Under the pieces are notes generated by a model, which had not been told where the DNA came from, did not search any database, and saw nothing but the letters and a program-made list of their open reading frames with translations. A DNA stretch of 62,471 nucleotides, the filler included. It is 3 parts of 3 records of this genome, joined end to end, with 100 filler letters (N's around TTAATTAATTAA, not from the genome) between each part and the next. Parts side by side here need not be neighbours in the genome. Positions count along the whole stretch, not along the records: positions 47,255 to 62,471 come from SRR31156797_6444; 2 more parts are not named here. One strand, given 5' to 3'. The position numbers and the translations under genes are program-made. This document shows positions 59,212 through 62,471 of this stretch, in pieces. Positions within the stretch are counted from its first letter, which is position 1. Each line of letters starts with the position of its first letter.

Positions 59212-60825
59212 CTACTTAACGAGTTTTTCAGCCAAAGCTCGACCTTGTTCTCCGCCGCCTGCCATGCGGGATAATTCATCCATGATGGCATCGGTTTCCA
59301 GCCGGTTACAGCGGGTGTAGGTCTCTCCGTCCACCACTTCCTTCTTGATGAAGAAATGGCGATCGGCCTTGCCTGCCAGTTGCGGCCAATGTGTAATGAG
59401 CAACATTTGCTGGCGGTCTGCAAGGGCGCGGAGTTTGCCGCCAACCGAGTTGAGTGTCAAGCCTCCAATTCCGGCGTCTACTTCATCAAAAATAAGTGAT
59501 GGCAGGGCATCGTGTTCCTTGGTGTTGTCACCGCGCATGGTGACCAGCGCAAGCAGGAATCGTGACAGTTCTCCACCAGAGGCAATTTTGTCGAGGGGCT
59601 GGGCTGGCTGGCCGGGGTTGGGCACCCACATGAGGCGCCCCCGCAAATCATCACAACCGGGATACAACTCGCGTGCATCAAATTCGAAATGAACTTTGAT
59701 GTGTTCGGAAAACCCGAGGTCGAACAATTCATCCACGATGCGGATGGAAAGTTCCTTTGCCGCTTTTTTTCGAGCCTTGTTGACTTCGCCAAGTGTAGTT
59801 TGGAGATTTGCGGCAGCTGCGGCCTCTTCGCGGGACAAGTTTTTCATGTCCAGAGCACAGGCGTCGAGGAAGGAAAGATTTTCGTCTATCTCTGCTTTCA
59901 TTGCGACGATGTCATCCAGATTGCGCCGAAGCTTTCGTTTAAGCTTGGCCAATTCGAAAAGGCGCGCTTCAATGTCGTCCAGAGACATGGGGTCGTCATC
60001 TTCCATATCTCCCGGTCCACGCCGGAGTCGCGAGTCGAGATCATGCAACCGGATGCGCAATTCCTCTATGGCTTCGCGGTCTTCGTCGAATCCGGGGAAG
60101 AGCCGAGCGATAATTTCCATTTCACGGGTGAGCAATGTCATGTTGTCGAGCATGCCGATTTCACCGTGCAGGATGTCCAATGCATTTTGTAGACATTCTC
60201 CGGCACGTTCCCGGTCCTTGAGAATTTTTTTGCGTTCCTCAAGCTCGTTTTCTTCGTCCGGCTGCGGATCAACAGCGTCAATTTCCTTTTTTTGATACTC
60301 AAGGAAATCGCGCTGTTTTTCTATGTCGTCGTACTTTTCGTTGAGATGGCGTTTGCGTTCCAGCACATCCTTGAGCACTGCGAGTTTGTCGTTGCGTTGA
60401 ATCAGAATGGATTGGTCAGGAATGAAGGAGTCGAGGATTTCCGACTGAAAGGCTGGAGAAAGCAGCTTTTGCTGTCCATGTTGGCTGGTGTGAATGATAA
60501 GTCGCGTGCGCATGTCGCGAATTGTCGGCTGAGATGACAATGTGTCGTTGATGTAGACACGGCTGCGACCTGTCTCGGCGGAAAGTTCACGGCGAATGAC
60601 TGTTTCGCCTTCGGGCAGTACAAACAATGCTTCTACCGAGGCTTTGGTGTTGCCGGGACGGACCAGTTTTTTATCCATGCGTTCACCCATGAGAAAGTCC
60701 ACGGCCCGCATGATAAAGGATTTACCCGCACCAGTTTCACCTGTGAGCGTGTTCAGCCCCGGAGAGAATTCCAGTTCCACGTCTTCTATGAGGGCAAGGT
60801 TCTTGATCCGTAACAGTTCAAGCAT
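59212..60825 (-). CDS. recN: DNA repair protein RecN
   Basis: LTGETGAGKS, ASGGELSR, IFDEVDAG, ITHWPQ. Confidence 0.96.
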   Translation of the reverse strand: MLELLRIKNLALIEDVELEFSPGLNTLTGETGAGKSFIMRAVDFLMGERMDKKLVRPGNTKASVEALFVLPEGETVIRRELSAETGRSRVYINDTLSSQPTIRDMRTRLIIHTSQHGQQKLLSPAFQSEILDSFIPDQSILIQRNDKLAVLKDVLERKRHLNEKYDDIEKQRDFLEYQKKEIDAVDPQPDEENELEERKKILKDRERAGECLQNALDILHGEIGMLDNMTLLTREMEIIARLFPGFDEDREAIEELRIRLHDLDSRLRRGPGDMEDDDPMSLDDIEARLFELAKLKRKLRRNLDDIVAMKAEIDENLSFLDACALDMKNLSREEAAAAANLQTTLGEVNKARKKAAKELSIRIVDELFDLGFSEHIKVHFEFDARELYPGCDDLRGRLMWVPNPGQPAQPLDKIASGGELSRFLLALVTMRGDNTKEHDALPSLIFDEVDAGIGGLTLNSVGGKLRALADRQQMLLITHWPQLAGKADRHFFIKKEVVDGETYTRCNRLETDAIMDELSRMAGGGEQGRALAEKLVK

Positions 60826-60836
60826 GAAGCTCCAGC

Positions 60837-62051
60837 CTAGTAAAAAAGTATCGAGCGATCCCGTGCGCCATCGGCCTCGGGTAGCTCGTTTAAATAATCA
60901 AGGTAACGATTGTCCTTATACACCAGTGCGGCCCTGCGGAAAAGGGGAACGTAGCGGTACGGATCGAATGTTCCTGTTGTGCCGTGCGGCCAGTCCTTTT
61001 GTGGATTGATGTATGGGGCCGCAAAGTCGAGGGCTTGCCGTATGGATGGCCCTACGGGGTCTGCCCAGTTCCAGAGATCAAGCCCCAGGCGTTCGCCCAC
61101 ACTGGAGAGAATTGCGTATGCTTCAAGCGTAGAAAAGGTGGCGTTGCGTGATCGGGGCTGTTTTAGCGCGTAGGGCATGGACCCGTCAGGCATTATTTGG
61201 CGTACTATACGTCGTCGTTCGGCCGTACGTATGATGGCTCGGGCTAGGTCTATATCTTCTGTGTACAGGGCATACACGGCAACCTGTGCGTCAAACCAAG
61301 TGCCATGATGGTCACGGGATTCTGCCTCGCGGCGACCGAATTCGCTGTGCATCAGCCATTGAACATAGTCGGAGAACCATTTTTTGACTTTTCGACTGGT
61401 CGTCTTTGACCACGCGTGTGACGGTTCAAGTATGAGGGCCGTATCCACCACGCGGATGAGGTCGCGTGCTTCAATGATGCCGGTATGATGACCTTCTGCG
61501 ACACCCGGGCGTGAGTGGGCATAGAGCATGTTCGGATTGACTCGGGTTGAGGAATCGCTACACCACGCCATGATCAACGCGGTGCTTTTGCTGGCGTATA
61601 GCTCGTCGCCTGTGAAATACCATGCAAGAGCCAGTGTTGTTGCCTGCCTTGCCATGCGTGACAGTCGAGAGCTGTCATAAATGTCAGATGAAGCTTCGGG
61701 GTTGGCTTCCCCGGGGTGTTGCACATAGGGCAAGCCACTTTTGGTCGTAGGGTTTGGCCACCAGTCTGGCGAGAGCGACCAATAATCGTGGACGTCATTG
61801 CTTGGACCGGCTTTCTTTTTCAAGGTGACGGATTCGATGGGAGCATCCAAGGCCAGTTTGGCTTCGTTGATGAAATTTTCATACGCCGGACGAATGGCTG
61901 GATCTCGCTGTAGAATTTGGCGTTTTGTTTGATACAAAATGGCTGGCGAGAGTACGATGGTATCAGGTCGGTTGGCGCCAGCGAAAGCCGGGACGGCCAG
62001 CATTATGGCCAGAAATGATAGGAACAGATGACGGGCAACGACCCCGGTCAT
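60837..62051 (-). CDS. Alginate_lyase-fold (PL38/PL5-like) exported protein
   Basis: HDYWSLS..WWP, LALAWY.TG..YA, PNM.YA, HGTWFD.Q; ATGA coupling to the upstream permease. Confidence 0.8.
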   Translation of the reverse strand: MTGVVARHLFLSFLAIMLAVPAFAGANRPDTIVLSPAILYQTKRQILQRDPAIRPAYENFINEAKLALDAPIESVTLKKKAGPSNDVHDYWSLSPDWWPNPTTKSGLPYVQHPGEANPEASSDIYDSSRLSRMARQATTLALAWYFTGDELYASKSTALIMAWCSDSSTRVNPNMLYAHSRPGVAEGHHTGIIEARDLIRVVDTALILEPSHAWSKTTSRKVKKWFSDYVQWLMHSEFGRREAESRDHHGTWFDAQVAVYALYTEDIDLARAIIRTAERRRIVRQIMPDGSMPYALKQPRSRNATFSTLEAYAILSSVGERLGLDLWNWADPVGPSIRQALDFAAPYINPQKDWPHGTTGTFDPYRYVPLFRRAALVYKDNRYLDYLNELPEADGARDRSILFY

Positions 62052-62471
62052 TGTTTTAGCCTTGGATCGAGCAAGTCGCGTAAAGATTCGCCGAGCAGGT
62101 TGTACCCAAGCACGGTGAATAGAATGGCGAGGCCGGGAAAGACAGATAACCACCACGCGATTCCCAAGACTTCTTTGCCTTCCATGAGCATGTTGCCCCA
62201 TGAAGCATCCGGCGGCTGTACGCCGAGGCCCAGAAATGACAGCGAGGATTCAGTCAGGATGGCACCAGCTACGCCAAGGGTGGCGGAAACGAGTACCGGA
62301 CCGATGGCGTTGGGCATGATATGTCGGAAAATGATGCGGATTGGCCCAGCACCGGCAGCTCGTGCAGCCAGTACGTAATCCCGCTCGCGGATTGTCAGTG
62401 TCTCGGCGCGGACCAGTCGAGCGACGCCCATCCAGCCGGTCAAGCCGATGACTATCATGATGTTGGTCAGG
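62048..62471 (-). CDS. Peptide/nickel ABC transporter permease (DppC/OppC), 3' part
   Basis: ARLVRAE, YVLAARAAGA EAA loop, ESSLSFLGLG, NLLGESLRDLLDPR. Confidence 0.93.
   Translation of the reverse strand, partial: LTNIMIVIGLTGWMGVARLVRAETLTIRERDYVLAARAAGAGPIRIIFRHIMPNAIGPVLVSATLGVAGAILTESSLSFLGLGVQPPDASWGNMLMEGKEVLGIAWWLSVFPGLAILFTVLGYNLLGESLRDLLDPRLKQ

Noticed and set aside
59345-61009. Long + strand ORFs (up to 199 aa) opposite recN
   Set aside because: Antisense shadows caused by codon bias; recN is unambiguous on the minus strand.
1-62471. Prophage, integrase, transposase, CRISPR-Cas, retron or other defence system
   Set aside because: No such motifs were found in any ORF, and no spacer-containing arrays or IS-like terminal repeats were seen.

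Overview
The window is not one locus. Three unrelated contigs are joined by two artificial 100-bp spacers (N44-TTAATTAATTAA-N44 at 28080-28179 and 47155-47254). (A) 1-28079 is a Vibrio chromosome I core region: partial tRNA-Ser, alaE, a CqsR-like dCache hybrid kinase, nadA, tol-pal, cydABX-ybgE, ruvCAB, cysS, ppiB, lpxH, an EAL-HDOD protein, ychJ, an OmpT-like porin, dinG, priC, rsmS and an MCP fragment, with readable FNR, CRP, LexA and ToxR-like sites. (B) 28180-47154 is an AT-rich, Clostridia-like contig. It carries an apparently uncharacterised TetR-controlled catabolic regulon: two VAO/PCMH-type FAD oxidoreductases flanking a CCG/Fe-S subunit, an MFS transporter, a SauS-like acylating aldehyde dehydrogenase and an orphan acyl-CoA carboxyltransferase. 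Both of its promoters carry the same triple-palindrome operator array. The contig also has a LysR/TctCBA/enolase-family dehydratase/MBL cluster and a GAGIGGG-repeat surface protein. (C) 47255-62471 is a Desulfovibrionaceae-like contig with housekeeping genes and a five-gene ECF sigma module. That module comprises a sigma factor, an anti-sigma with a CBM48-like glycan-binding domain, an exported helical protein, a TPR/OmpA-like lipoprotein and a charge-polarised low-complexity secreted protein, and it carries a duplicated candidate promoter motif. The best candidates for undescribed systems are the TetR regulon in B and the ECF/CBM48 module in C. All family assignments come from motif recognition and recalled synteny; no searches were run.
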